DNA of 59,064 nt, from the NCBI GenBank assembly GCA_019235245.1, contig JAFAKO010000099.1, forward strand, positions 1 through 59,064, written 5' to 3'. The notes under the pieces were generated by a model that worked only from the letters and a program-made list of their open reading frames with translations, did no database searches and had not been told where the DNA came from. This document shows, piece after piece, positions 35,634 through 44,282 of the stretch. Position 1 is the stretch's first letter; every line of letters starts with the position of its first letter. Origin of the DNA: Gammaproteobacteria bacterium. Lineage in GTDB: Bacteria; Pseudomonadota; Gammaproteobacteria; Steroidobacterales; Steroidobacteraceae. The position numbers were made by a program, and so were the translations under genes.

Positions 35634-36172
35634 TGCCCGAGTCAGAGCATCCGACCGTTTACACCATCGGCCATTCGACCCGTCCGATTGGAGAGTTCAC
35701 GGCGTTGCTCGCCGAGGCGGGAATCGAGCTGCTGGTCGATGTCCGGGCGATTCCGCGCTCGCGCACCAACCCGCAGTTCAATCGCGAAACATTGCCCGCA
35801 TCGCTCGAGGGTATCGGGGTCGGCTACGAGCATCTGGCCGCGCTCGGTGGCCGGCGCTCCCGCCAGGGCGCAGCGCCCTCCCCCAACACGTTCTGGCGCA
35901 ACGACTCATTTCGCAACTATGCGGATTACGCCGCGACGGAGCCCTTCAAGTCGGGGCTCAGCGCGCTCGAGGGCGAGGCCGGGCGGCGGCGTTGCGCCAT
36001 CATGTGCTCGGAAACGCTCTGGTGGCGCTGCCACCGTCGCATCATCAGCGATTACCTCATCGCCGATGGTTTTCCGGTGCTGCACATCATGGGCCCGCAC
36101 AAAACCGAGCCCGCGGTCTTGACCCCCAATGCGCAGCGGCTGGTCGATGGCACGCTGGTCTATCGGGAGTAG
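35633..36172 (+). CDS. DUF488 domain protein
   Basis: ATG shares one nt with the upstream stop (TGATG). VYTIGHSTR....F..LL...GI..LVDVR..P.S and CSE..WWRCHRR match DUF488. Confidence 0.8.
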   Translation: MPESEHPTVYTIGHSTRPIGEFTALLAEAGIELLVDVRAIPRSRTNPQFNRETLPASLEGIGVGYEHLAALGGRRSRQGAAPSPNTFWRNDSFRNYADYAATEPFKSGLSALEGEAGRRRCAIMCSETLWWRCHRRIISDYLIADGFPVLHIMGPHKTEPAVLTPNAQRLVDGTLVYRE

Positions 36173-36181
36173 TGACCGAGG

Positions 36182-36784
36182 CTATCGCGGCGCGGGAAGA
36201 GATATGGTGTCCGCGGAGCGGGCTCTGAGGACCGGCGGACTTCCCCCGACGCTGAACACCACGGTGGTCCTGCGCGACGGGCAGCACAAGGGATCCGCCG
36301 CAGCATAACGAAGGTACTCCGCCTTCAGCTGCCGCTCGCTCTCGATCGTGACACGGGTCAGCGCGCCGTCCGTGCGGCTGTCCATGAGGGCTGGCGACAG
36401 CGTCCCGGCAAACACGCCGCGCTCGAACACGAAGTACTGGTACTGCCGCGGACGGCACATGCCGTCGTAGTCCGCCGTGGCGCCGATGGCGCGGATATGC
36501 CCGGACTCGACCGCTTGACCGATGAGATCCCAGCCGTGGGCATGCAGCTCACGGTCCTCATCCGACTCAACCGGCCGCGCGCTCTGACGGCAACGGGGAT
36601 CGGCGTTTTTCTGCCCCTGCGGAACGGACGGCAGTGCGGCTCCCGCAGCGTTCCACCCCTCGAACGATGGTGAATCGAGCCAGGACCCGGGCACGGGCGC
36701 CGGTGCAAGCGCAAGTGCCGCCGCAGCTGCGAGGACTGCGATCGCTGACATCGCGATGAGACGCATGACCAGAGCATATCGCAT
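36182..36784 (-). CDS. exported hypothetical protein
   Basis: ATG 36784 gives the signal peptide MRYALVMRLIAMSAIAVLAAAAALALA. Conserved-looking Cys pairs. I recognise no family with confidence. Confidence 0.55.
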   Translation of the reverse strand: MRYALVMRLIAMSAIAVLAAAAALALAPAPVPGSWLDSPSFEGWNAAGAALPSVPQGQKNADPRCRQSARPVESDEDRELHAHGWDLIGQAVESGHIRAIGATADYDGMCRPRQYQYFVFERGVFAGTLSPALMDSRTDGALTRVTIESERQLKAEYLRYAAADPLCCPSRRTTVVFSVGGSPPVLRARSADTISLPAPR

Positions 36785-36857
36785 CACTGTGGCGGCGCCC
36801 TGAGCGCCGCCGTGTGCGATGGTCCGCAGCATTCATCGGTGCCATGATGCGGTCGCG

Positions 36858-38231
36858 ATGACCCGTTACGACGCCATCATCATCGGCACGGGGCAGGCCG
36901 GACCCTCCCTCGCCGCGCGCCTCGCGGAGAGCGGCCAGCAGGTCGCGGTCATCGAGCGCGGCCGCTTCGGCGGCACGTGTGTCAACAACGGCTGCACGCC
37001 GACGAAGACGCTGATCGCGAGCGCCTATGCCGCCCAGCTTGCGCGTCGCGCGAAGGAGTACGGCGTCGACAGCGGCCCGGTGCGCGTCGACATGGCGCGG
37101 GTCAAGGCGCGCAAGGATGCCCTGGTCGAGAGCGGCACCCGTTCGGTGGAGAAATGGCTGACCACCTTACCGCGTGTCACCCTCTACCGCGGCCATGCGC
37201 GCTTCGTCGGTCCGCGAGCCGTGTCGGTCGGCGCGGAAACGCTCGAGGCCGAGCGGATCTTCATCGACGTCGGTGGCAGGCCTCGCGTGCCGGACCTGCC
37301 CGGCATCCGCGAGGTGCCCTATCTCACCAGCGAAAGCATGATGGACGTCGATTTTCTACCCGGGCACCTGTTCGTCGTCGGCGGCAGCTACGTCGGGCTC
37401 GAGTTCGGACAGATGTACCGTCGCTTCGGCGCCCGCGTCACCGTCATCGAGATGGCTCCGCGGCTGGTCGTCCACGAGGACCCGGATGTCTGCGATGCGA
37501 TTCGGGACATCTTGTCCGAGGAGGAGATCGATATCCGCCTGAACGCGCGCTGCCTGGCGCTCGAGCGGGCCAGCGACGGCATACTGCTGCGCCTCGATTG
37601 CGCCGAGGGCGCCCCGAGTGTGCTGGGAACACACGTACTGCTCGCCGTCGGGCGTGTACCGAACACCGACGACCTCGGCCTGCGCGCAGCGGGCATCGAG
37701 ACCGATGAGAAAGGCTACATCAAGGTCGATGAGACCCTCGCGACGAGCGCGCCGCACGTCTACGCGCTCGGCGACTGCAACGGTCGCGGGGCTTTCACGC
37801 ACACGGCCTACAACGACTACGAGATCGTCGCCGATAATTTGCTGAGCGGTGCCCATCGCAAGGTCACCGACAGGATACCGATCTATGGCCTGTTCACGGA
37901 TCCACCGCTCGGGCGGCTCGGCAAGTCCGAGACCGAGGCTCGCGAGGAAGGCTACGAGATCCTGATCGGCCGCATGCCGATGACCGATGTGTCCCGGGCC
38001 CGGGAGAAAGGGGAGACCAAGGGCTTCATGAAGGTCCTGGTCGATGCGCACACCCGGGAGATCCTCGGTGCAGCGATTCTCGGCGTCGGCGGCGATGAGG
38101 CGGTGCACTCGCTCGTCGATGCGATGTATGGGCATCTGCCCTATACGGTGGTGCAGCACGGCGTCCGGATCCACCCGACGGTGAGCGAGCTCATCCCGAC
38201 GATGCTCGGTGAGCTGACCCCGCTCAAGTAG
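36858..38231 (+). CDS. class I pyridine nucleotide-disulfide oxidoreductase (dihydrolipoyl dehydrogenase / mercuric reductase-like family)
   Basis: YDAIIIGTGQAG FAD motif, redox-active GGTCVNNGCTPTK, second Rossmann motif VVGGSYVGLEF, dimerisation-domain HPTVSE. There is no C-terminal Cys pair, so it is not a bona fide MerA. Confidence 0.85.
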   Translation: MTRYDAIIIGTGQAGPSLAARLAESGQQVAVIERGRFGGTCVNNGCTPTKTLIASAYAAQLARRAKEYGVDSGPVRVDMARVKARKDALVESGTRSVEKWLTTLPRVTLYRGHARFVGPRAVSVGAETLEAERIFIDVGGRPRVPDLPGIREVPYLTSESMMDVDFLPGHLFVVGGSYVGLEFGQMYRRFGARVTVIEMAPRLVVHEDPDVCDAIRDILSEEEIDIRLNARCLALERASDGILLRLDCAEGAPSVLGTHVLLAVGRVPNTDDLGLRAAGIETDEKGYIKVDETLATSAPHVYALGDCNGRGAFTHTAYNDYEIVADNLLSGAHRKVTDRIPIYGLFTDPPLGRLGKSETEAREEGYEILIGRMPMTDVSRAREKGETKGFMKVLVDAHTREILGAAILGVGGDEAVHSLVDAMYGHLPYTVVQHGVRIHPTVSELIPTMLGELTPLK

Positions 38232-38287
38232 CGGCGCCACGTCGGCGGTGGGGCGCGCCGGCGAGCCGCGTGGCGCGCGTTGGCCCC

Positions 38288-38605
38288 TCAGCCGCTCGGC
38301 GCTTCCTTGCGGGTCTCGGCCTGGCTCGCTGCCTCGGGCTTACTCGCTTCGGCCGAATCGTTGCGCGCGGCGTGCTCGAGCAGCGCCTGTGCGAACAATG
38401 CTTCCACCGGTTGACCTGTGCGTGCCTGAATCCAGCGGAAAGCCGACTCGAGTGAGGCCGCGCTCCAGAGCGTGCGGCCCTCGGCCGATGTCACGTCCCA
38501 GGGCGCAAACGTCATATTGCCCGGCCGATAGCGAATGATCCGGGTGATCCCCTCGATACTCACGCGCCATACGTTCGGTTGAATCTCTTCAACACTGTAG
38601 TCCAT
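38288..38605 (-). CDS. hypothetical protein
   Basis: ATG 38605, 105 aa (MDYSVEEIQPNVWRV..). The upstream part of the 191-aa track ORF runs through a tandem repeat and is rejected. Confidence 0.45.
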   Translation of the reverse strand: MDYSVEEIQPNVWRVSIEGITRIIRYRPGNMTFAPWDVTSAEGRTLWSAASLESAFRWIQARTGQPVEALFAQALLEHAARNDSAEASKPEAASQAETRKEAPSG

Positions 38606-38747
38606 GACTCGCTTCCCCAAAGAAACATCCCTGCAATAAACCCGATACTTGTTCTTCTTCGATGTGTACAGAATAGACCAAGCGAGGGGCGCGCACCTCT
38701 TCCGCGTGACAGAGCCCGTGCATTGAACATATTCGGACGAGGAGATC

Positions 38748-38840
38748 GCACCGCGGCACCATCGCCCCACCATCGCCGCACTTTCGGCACACCTTCGGCG
38801 CACCATTGCCGCACCATTGCCGCACCATTGCGCACCCGTT
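38748..38840. repeat. tandem array with ~11-bp period, unit CACCATYGCCG (3 near-perfect plus about 5 degenerate copies)
   Basis: GCACCATTGCC at 38800, 38811 and 38822, and GCACCC at 38832. Degenerate units run from 38756 (CACCATCGCCC, CACCATCGCCG, CACTTTCGGCA, CACCTTCGGCG). Divergent intergenic region. Confidence 0.85.
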
Positions 38841-38979
38841 CCCTGCGCAGACCGTGAGCGCACGCACGCGGCTCATGCAAAAGCACCGGTCGTGGTCAAG
38901 GCGCTAATGCAAGATCCCCAGGGCCTGAATGAGGCTTTGTCCGACTGCACCGCGCACGAATTCCCGCTGAGATGGCTCC

Positions 38980-40512
38980 ATGAAGGCTCGCCCGCACCTC
39001 CTGCTCTTGCTGGCTCTCGCCACCATTGCCGGCTGCAGCGGCAGCGGCCACAGCAGCGCTCCCATGTCCAGCCCCTCCGGCACCACCGCGCAGCGCGGTG
39101 CGCTCATCGACAATCCGCCCACCAAGGTGGCGACCTACGCTCCGAGCGATTTGCTGCAGCTGCTCAGTGGGAGTGACGTCGGCAAGGTTTTCCTGCAGAT
39201 CGCCTATACGCCCAAATGCACCATCACCGTCTACCACCTCACGTATGACACCTCGGACCCGAAAGGCAATATCACCCCCGCCTCCGGCGCCCTGATGGTG
39301 CCGAGCAGCACTAGCGACAGCTCCTGCACCGGTGGCCGCCCGATCGTGGTCTACGCGCACGGGACCACCACGAACAAGGCGTTCAATCTCGCTGATCTCT
39401 CCGTCGCGGACAGTGGCGAAGCGGTGATCCTCGCGGTGGTGTTCGCCGCCGAGGGCTACATCGTCGTGGCGCCGAACTACCTGGGGTACGACAACTCGAC
39501 GCTCAGTTACCACCCGTACCTCATTGCGGCACAGCAGTCGAAGGAGATGATCGACGCCGTGACGGCGGCGCGGGCCGCGCTGCCCACCGCCGACGCGCCG
39601 AGCTCGACCGATGGCGGCAAGCTCTTCGTCACCGGTTACTCCGAGGGGGGTTATGTCGCCATGGCGACCCACAGCGCCATGCAGGCAAGTGGCATGACCG
39701 TCACCGCCTCGGCGCCGATGTCCGGCCCTTACGCGCTGAGCGCCTTCGGCGATGCCATTTTCGAAGGCGAAGTGAGCGCGAGTGCGACCGAGAACGTGGC
39801 GCTCCTCGCCCCGGCTTACCAGAACGTCTACGGCAACATCTGGTCGAACCCCGCCGATATCTTCGCGAGCCCCTATGACACGACGGTCCCGACGCTGCTG
39901 CCGAATACTGCGGGCCTCGGCACGCTGCGGTCCGAGGGGAAGTTTCCGTCGGTGCTGTTCAGCAGCACTCCCCCTGCTCCGAACTATGCGATCTACACCC
40001 CCGCCACTACACCCGCGAACCTGGCGAGCATTTTTGCCTCGGGTTTCGGCACGGACTACCTCATCACCAACAGCTACCGCGCGGCGTATCTCGAGGACGC
40101 ATTGATGCATCCCGATGGCGGCTTCCCGACGCTCACCGATGGGCTGCCGCCCGCCTCCCCGGGCAACGGACTGCGTGTCGATCTCAAGACCAACGATCTG
40201 CGCAACTGGTCGCCGACGGCCCCCACGCTGCTGTGCGGCGGCAACTCCGATCCGACGGTGTTCTTCTTCAACACCACCCTCATGCAGAACTACTGGACCG
40301 CGCATGCGCCTGCGACCGCGCCGGTGATTCTCGATATCGATTCCGCCCCCGGGAGCAACGATCCCTACGCCACCCTCAAGACGGAATTCAGCGTCGCCAA
40401 GGGCATCATCGCGGCGCAGGGTGGCGAGGCAGAGGTGCTCGCCGCCTACCATGGAACGCTGGTACCGCCCTTCTGCCTGAGCGCAGTCAAGTCGTTCTTC
40501 GACGCCCACTGA
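38980..40512 (+). CDS. lipoprotein alpha/beta hydrolase (secreted lipase/esterase-like)
   Basis: Signal peptide plus lipobox (LALATIAGC). GYSEGGY nucleophile elbow; 510 aa. Confidence 0.75.
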   Translation: MKARPHLLLLLALATIAGCSGSGHSSAPMSSPSGTTAQRGALIDNPPTKVATYAPSDLLQLLSGSDVGKVFLQIAYTPKCTITVYHLTYDTSDPKGNITPASGALMVPSSTSDSSCTGGRPIVVYAHGTTTNKAFNLADLSVADSGEAVILAVVFAAEGYIVVAPNYLGYDNSTLSYHPYLIAAQQSKEMIDAVTAARAALPTADAPSSTDGGKLFVTGYSEGGYVAMATHSAMQASGMTVTASAPMSGPYALSAFGDAIFEGEVSASATENVALLAPAYQNVYGNIWSNPADIFASPYDTTVPTLLPNTAGLGTLRSEGKFPSVLFSSTPPAPNYAIYTPATTPANLASIFASGFGTDYLITNSYRAAYLEDALMHPDGGFPTLTDGLPPASPGNGLRVDLKTNDLRNWSPTAPTLLCGGNSDPTVFFFNTTLMQNYWTAHAPATAPVILDIDSAPGSNDPYATLKTEFSVAKGIIAAQGGEAEVLAAYHGTLVPPFCLSAVKSFFDAH

Positions 40513-40619
40513 GCCCGGCGCCTGCGCATCCCGCGGCTGGCCGCCGGTGCGCGCTGTTGCGCGCCGGACGGTAGTCCCCTAGCGTGCGCGGCAGCGCGTC
40601 CGACAGCGAAGGCACCCGC

Positions 40620-41522
40620 ATGCAACGCGATGAGGTCCTCGACCGTCTCGAGAAGTACGTGAAGCCCTTCCGCATCACGAGCGGCAAGGGGTTTCGGCTC
40701 AAGCATTTCGATCCCGGCGACACTGGCGGGTTGCGCCTGGACAAGAGCGAGGCCGTCGAGCTCCTCGACCGCGGCACCGAATGGCTGGCGCGCGAGCAGG
40801 AGCTGCTCTATGCGCAGGACCGCTGGTCGCTGCTGCTCATATTCCAGGCGATGGACGCAGCGGGGAAAGACAGCACCATCAAGCACGTGATGTCGGGCAT
40901 CAATCCGCAGGGCTGCCAGGTGTTCTCCTTCAAGCAGCCCTCGGCGGAAGACCTCGATCACGACTTCCTGTGGCGGCACGTCAAGTGCCTCCCCGAGCGC
41001 GGACAGATCGGCATCTTCAATCGCTCCTACTACGAGGAGGTGCTGGTGGTGCGCGTGCACCGGGACACGCTCGAGGAGGAGAAGCTGCCGCCGCAATGCG
41101 TGAGCAAGCAGATCTGGGCGGAGCGGCTCGCGGACATGGCGCACTTCGAGCAGTACCTGGCGCGCCAGGGCACCATGGTCCTCAAGTTCTTTCTGCACGT
41201 CTCGCGCGCCGAGCAGAAGAAGCGCTTTCTCGAGCGCCTCGACAAACCGGAGAAACACTGGAAGTTTGCGGTGTCGGACGTGCGCGAGCGCGCCTTCTGG
41301 CGCCACTACATGCACGCCTACGAGGAGGCCATCCGCGCCACCGCGTCCAAACAGGCGCCCTGGTTCGTCGTGCCGGCCGATAACAAGTGGTTTACCCGCC
41401 TGGTGGTCGCGGCCGCGGTGGTGCAGGCGCTCGAGGGACTCGATCTCTCCTACCCACGCATCACCGCGGCGAAACAAAAGGAGCTGAACGCCGCCCGTGC
41501 GATGCTGGCGAAGGAGCGTTGA
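40620..41522 (+). CDS. ppk2: polyphosphate kinase 2 family protein
   Basis: LLLIFQAMDAAGKDSTIKHV (Walker A-like) and FNRSYYEEVLVVRVH are typical PPK2 motifs. ATG 40620 preferred. Confidence 0.9.
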   Translation: MQRDEVLDRLEKYVKPFRITSGKGFRLKHFDPGDTGGLRLDKSEAVELLDRGTEWLAREQELLYAQDRWSLLLIFQAMDAAGKDSTIKHVMSGINPQGCQVFSFKQPSAEDLDHDFLWRHVKCLPERGQIGIFNRSYYEEVLVVRVHRDTLEEEKLPPQCVSKQIWAERLADMAHFEQYLARQGTMVLKFFLHVSRAEQKKRFLERLDKPEKHWKFAVSDVRERAFWRHYMHAYEEAIRATASKQAPWFVVPADNKWFTRLVVAAAVVQALEGLDLSYPRITAAKQKELNAARAMLAKER

Positions 41523-41679
41523 GCGTTTGAGCGCAGGCGGCGGCTACCCGCTCCCACGGCGGCGCCGCAGCGCGTCATCGAGGTTGGAAATGCGAAGCCC
41601 TTCTCCGATTGGGAAACTGCCACGACATTAATGTTAAGTTGTGCTTGGCAAATGGGGCGAATTGCGAAAACTGGCCCGC

Positions 41680-41865
41680 ATGTCCCATGCATTGCCCAAC
41701 GATCTGCCGCAGACACTGGTCGACCGGCTCCGCGCCGAGGGTGTCGCCACGCTCGAAGCCTGGGTGGCCCTCGGACGCCGTCGCCGTCAGATCTTCGGTG
41801 TGACCCGCGCGGCGGTCGAGCTCCTCGACTCGCTGGCGAAAGCGGCACTGAGAGCGAAGTCCTAA
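41680..41865 (+). CDS. hypothetical small protein, possibly helix-hairpin-helix DNA-binding
   Basis: ATG 41680, 61 aa. GVATLEAWVAL....QIFGVTRAAVELL resembles an HhH pattern. Lies just after an AT-richer stretch. Confidence 0.35.
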   Translation: MSHALPNDLPQTLVDRLRAEGVATLEAWVALGRRRRQIFGVTRAAVELLDSLAKAALRAKS

Positions 41866-41987
41866 CCGTCCGGGTGCGCGTGCGGCGCAGCGTCGCTTCG
41901 AGCCTCACGGCATCGCTCCGCCACCTCCGCGGGTCGCGGCACCTCGCGGCGCTCTCCTGCGATGTCGCGCGCACGCTCGCTGCCGTC

Positions 41988-42998
41988 ATGATAAAAATGA
42001 CTGGCGTCAGGGTCCGATCCGATCATCAGGGGATTAGCTTGTTGGAATCACAGCACCGCACCTGCCTCGCAGGCAGGGCTAGCCGCAGCGCCGTCACACG
42101 CGCTACGGCTCACTGCCTGGCGGGTATCGTCCTCTCTCTGACCACCGTCGCCGCGCTCGCCGGCACGCTCACGATCGTGGACTCCGAGGCCCGCTACCCC
42201 GAGGGACCCCTGTGGCGCGACGGCAAGCTCCTGTACGTCGAATACGCGACCGGCAACATCAAGTCCTGGGACGGCACGCGCGTCACGGTGTACTGGCACC
42301 AGGAGGGCTGCGGCCCGAGCGCCCTCATCCCCTTCAACGGCAGGCTGCTCGTGGCCTGCTACGACACGAACTCGCTGGTGGAGCTCGGCGAGGGCGGCAA
42401 GGAAGTGCGCACCGTGCGCGCCGATAGTGGCGGCAAGCCCTTCATCGGCCCCAATGATTTCACTGCTGACGGCCACGGGGGAATCTACTTCACCGCTTCC
42501 GGCGTCTACGACCTCAAAGCGCCTATCACCGGGACCGTGCTGCACATGAGTGCGGACGGCAGGAGCATCACGGAAGTCGCCAACACCATCCATTACTCGA
42601 ACGGACTGGTAGTCGCGAAGGACCAGCAGCACCTGCTGGTCGCCGAGATGCTCGCGGGCCGCATTCTGAGCTTCCCGATCGGCGCGGACGGCACGCTCGG
42701 CGCGCGCACGGTCTGGGCGCGTCTGCAGGATCTGGCCGCGCCGACAGCGAACGAGGATGGCTACAACGGACCGGACGGCCTGAAGCTCGGTCCCGACGGC
42801 AATTACTACATCGCCCAGAATGGCTCGGGTCGCGTGCTGGTAGTGAACGAAGACCGCAAGCTCGTGCGCACCATCGACGTGCCGACCCCGTATCTCACCA
42901 ACATGGCCTTTGGCACCCACGGGGTCGTGTTCCTGACCGGCGCCTTCGAGCAGTGGAAGCCACCCTATCCGGGCGTCGTCTATCGCTGGACGCCCTGA
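41988..42998 (+). CDS. SMP-30/gluconolactonase/LRE-family protein, exported
   Basis: YPEGPLW..., GPNDFTADGHGGIYFT, YSNGL and PDGLKLGPDGNYY beta-propeller motifs. Start uncertain (ATG 41988/41997 or a downstream TTG). Confidence 0.8.
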   Translation: MIKMTGVRVRSDHQGISLLESQHRTCLAGRASRSAVTRATAHCLAGIVLSLTTVAALAGTLTIVDSEARYPEGPLWRDGKLLYVEYATGNIKSWDGTRVTVYWHQEGCGPSALIPFNGRLLVACYDTNSLVELGEGGKEVRTVRADSGGKPFIGPNDFTADGHGGIYFTASGVYDLKAPITGTVLHMSADGRSITEVANTIHYSNGLVVAKDQQHLLVAEMLAGRILSFPIGADGTLGARTVWARLQDLAAPTANEDGYNGPDGLKLGPDGNYYIAQNGSGRVLVVNEDRKLVRTIDVPTPYLTNMAFGTHGVVFLTGAFEQWKPPYPGVVYRWTP

Positions 42999-43025
42999 GG
43001 GCTGCGCGCCTTCCTCACGCCACTC

Positions 43026-44225
43026 TCAATGGCAGGCGTTTTTCGCGCCCTTGAGGAAGGGCGCGAGCGGCAGCCGCTCGACGGTGACTTCCTTGCCGGT
43101 CAGGACATTACGGCTGCGGGTGGTGCTCGCCATGAAGAGCGAATTGTAGATCGCCTCCTCGGTGGCTTCGGCGACCGCATGAAAGAGCGGCGAGATGGCA
43201 TCGTTCGAGAGCTCGGCGAACTGGGCAACGCCGGCGCGCTTCGCTGCCGATCGCACCACATCGGCCGCAGTCGAGAAGGCAATGACGTAGTCGCCTGAGC
43301 CGTTGGAGAAGCTCGAGCCCGTGCGGGCGATGCCGGACACCGCGCGCCGGGCGAGCCGCGCGAGATTCCGGTCCGAAAGCGGCGCGTCGGTGGCCACCAC
43401 CACCATGATCGAGCCATCGGCCCGCCGGTCGCCGAGCTTGTCCTGCAGGTAGTACTGGTGCAGCTCCTCGCCGATCCTGCGGCCAGCGACGCTCAACACG
43501 CCACCGTAGTTCGTCTGCACCAGCACCCCCACGGTCCAGCCGCCCGCGAGCGCCGGCACCCGGCGCGAGCTGGTGCCGATGCCGCCTTTCCAGCCGAAGG
43601 CGACGGTGCCGGTGCCGGCACCGACCGCGCCCTCCTCGACCGCGCCCGCGTGTGCGGACCTGATGGCGTCCAGGATCTGTGCCGGGGTGAGCGCTCGCCC
43701 GCGGATGTCGTTGAGATAGCCATCATTAGTCTCACCGACCACCGCATTGACCGACATGACCTTCTCGTTGCCGGGTTGCGCGAGCGTCCAGTCGAGAATC
43801 GCCTCCATTCCACGAGCGACCGCGAGTGTGTTGGTGAGTACGATCGGGGATTCGATCTCGCCGAGCTCCGCCACCTGGCTCAGGCCCGCCGACTTGCCAT
43901 AGCCGTTGAACACGAACACCGCGGCCGGCACCTTGCTCTGATACAGGTTCCCGCCGTGCGCAAGAATCGCGGTGGCACCGGTACGCACGGTGTCGCCCGC
44001 GATGAGAGTCGTGTGCCCGACGAGCACGCCGGCGACATCGGTGATGGCATTGAGCGGGCCCGGGGTGAGTATCCCCGGCGCGATTCCCAACTGGCGCGCC
44101 CGCACGTGATCGGATTCGCGGATGCATTGCGCGCCGGCGGTGCCGGCGAGCCCGAAAGTGAGCGCGGCGACGACCGGCGCGAGAAGCCGCGAGCGGAGCG
44201 GACGGGGTAATTGGTTGCAATTCAT
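43026..44225 (-). CDS. P1/S58 (DmpA-type) aminopeptidase family protein, exported
   Basis: ATG 44225 (MNCNQL..) with a signal peptide. NAITDVAGVLVGHTT, GETNDG and GAGTGTVAFGWKGGIGTSS motifs are typical of the DmpA/S58 family. Confidence 0.85.
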   Translation of the reverse strand: MNCNQLPRPLRSRLLAPVVAALTFGLAGTAGAQCIRESDHVRARQLGIAPGILTPGPLNAITDVAGVLVGHTTLIAGDTVRTGATAILAHGGNLYQSKVPAAVFVFNGYGKSAGLSQVAELGEIESPIVLTNTLAVARGMEAILDWTLAQPGNEKVMSVNAVVGETNDGYLNDIRGRALTPAQILDAIRSAHAGAVEEGAVGAGTGTVAFGWKGGIGTSSRRVPALAGGWTVGVLVQTNYGGVLSVAGRRIGEELHQYYLQDKLGDRRADGSIMVVVATDAPLSDRNLARLARRAVSGIARTGSSFSNGSGDYVIAFSTAADVVRSAAKRAGVAQFAELSNDAISPLFHAVAEATEEAIYNSLFMASTTRSRNVLTGKEVTVERLPLAPFLKGAKNACH

Positions 44226-44282
44226 GGATGCGCATCTCCTTACACATGCCCGGTAGCGGCGGGTTAAGATCGCGGTCCTAGG

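Noticed and set aside
36858-38231. Mercuric reductase (MerA) and therefore a mercury-resistance island
   Set aside because: The protein has the CVNNGC redox pair but lacks the C-terminal Cys-Cys pair and an N-terminal HMA domain. No merR/T/P genes are nearby. It is better described as a generic class I disulfide oxidoreductase.
38896-40509. 537-aa minus-strand ORF
   Set aside because: It is antisense to the lipoprotein alpha/beta hydrolase, which has a lipobox and a GYSEGG nucleophile motif. The antisense product is low-complexity.
41646-41668. Sigma-54-like TGGCA...TTGC elements (TGGCAAATGGGGCGAATTGCG)
   Set aside because: The GG-to-GC spacing is 17 nt rather than the 12 nt required by the -24/-12 consensus.
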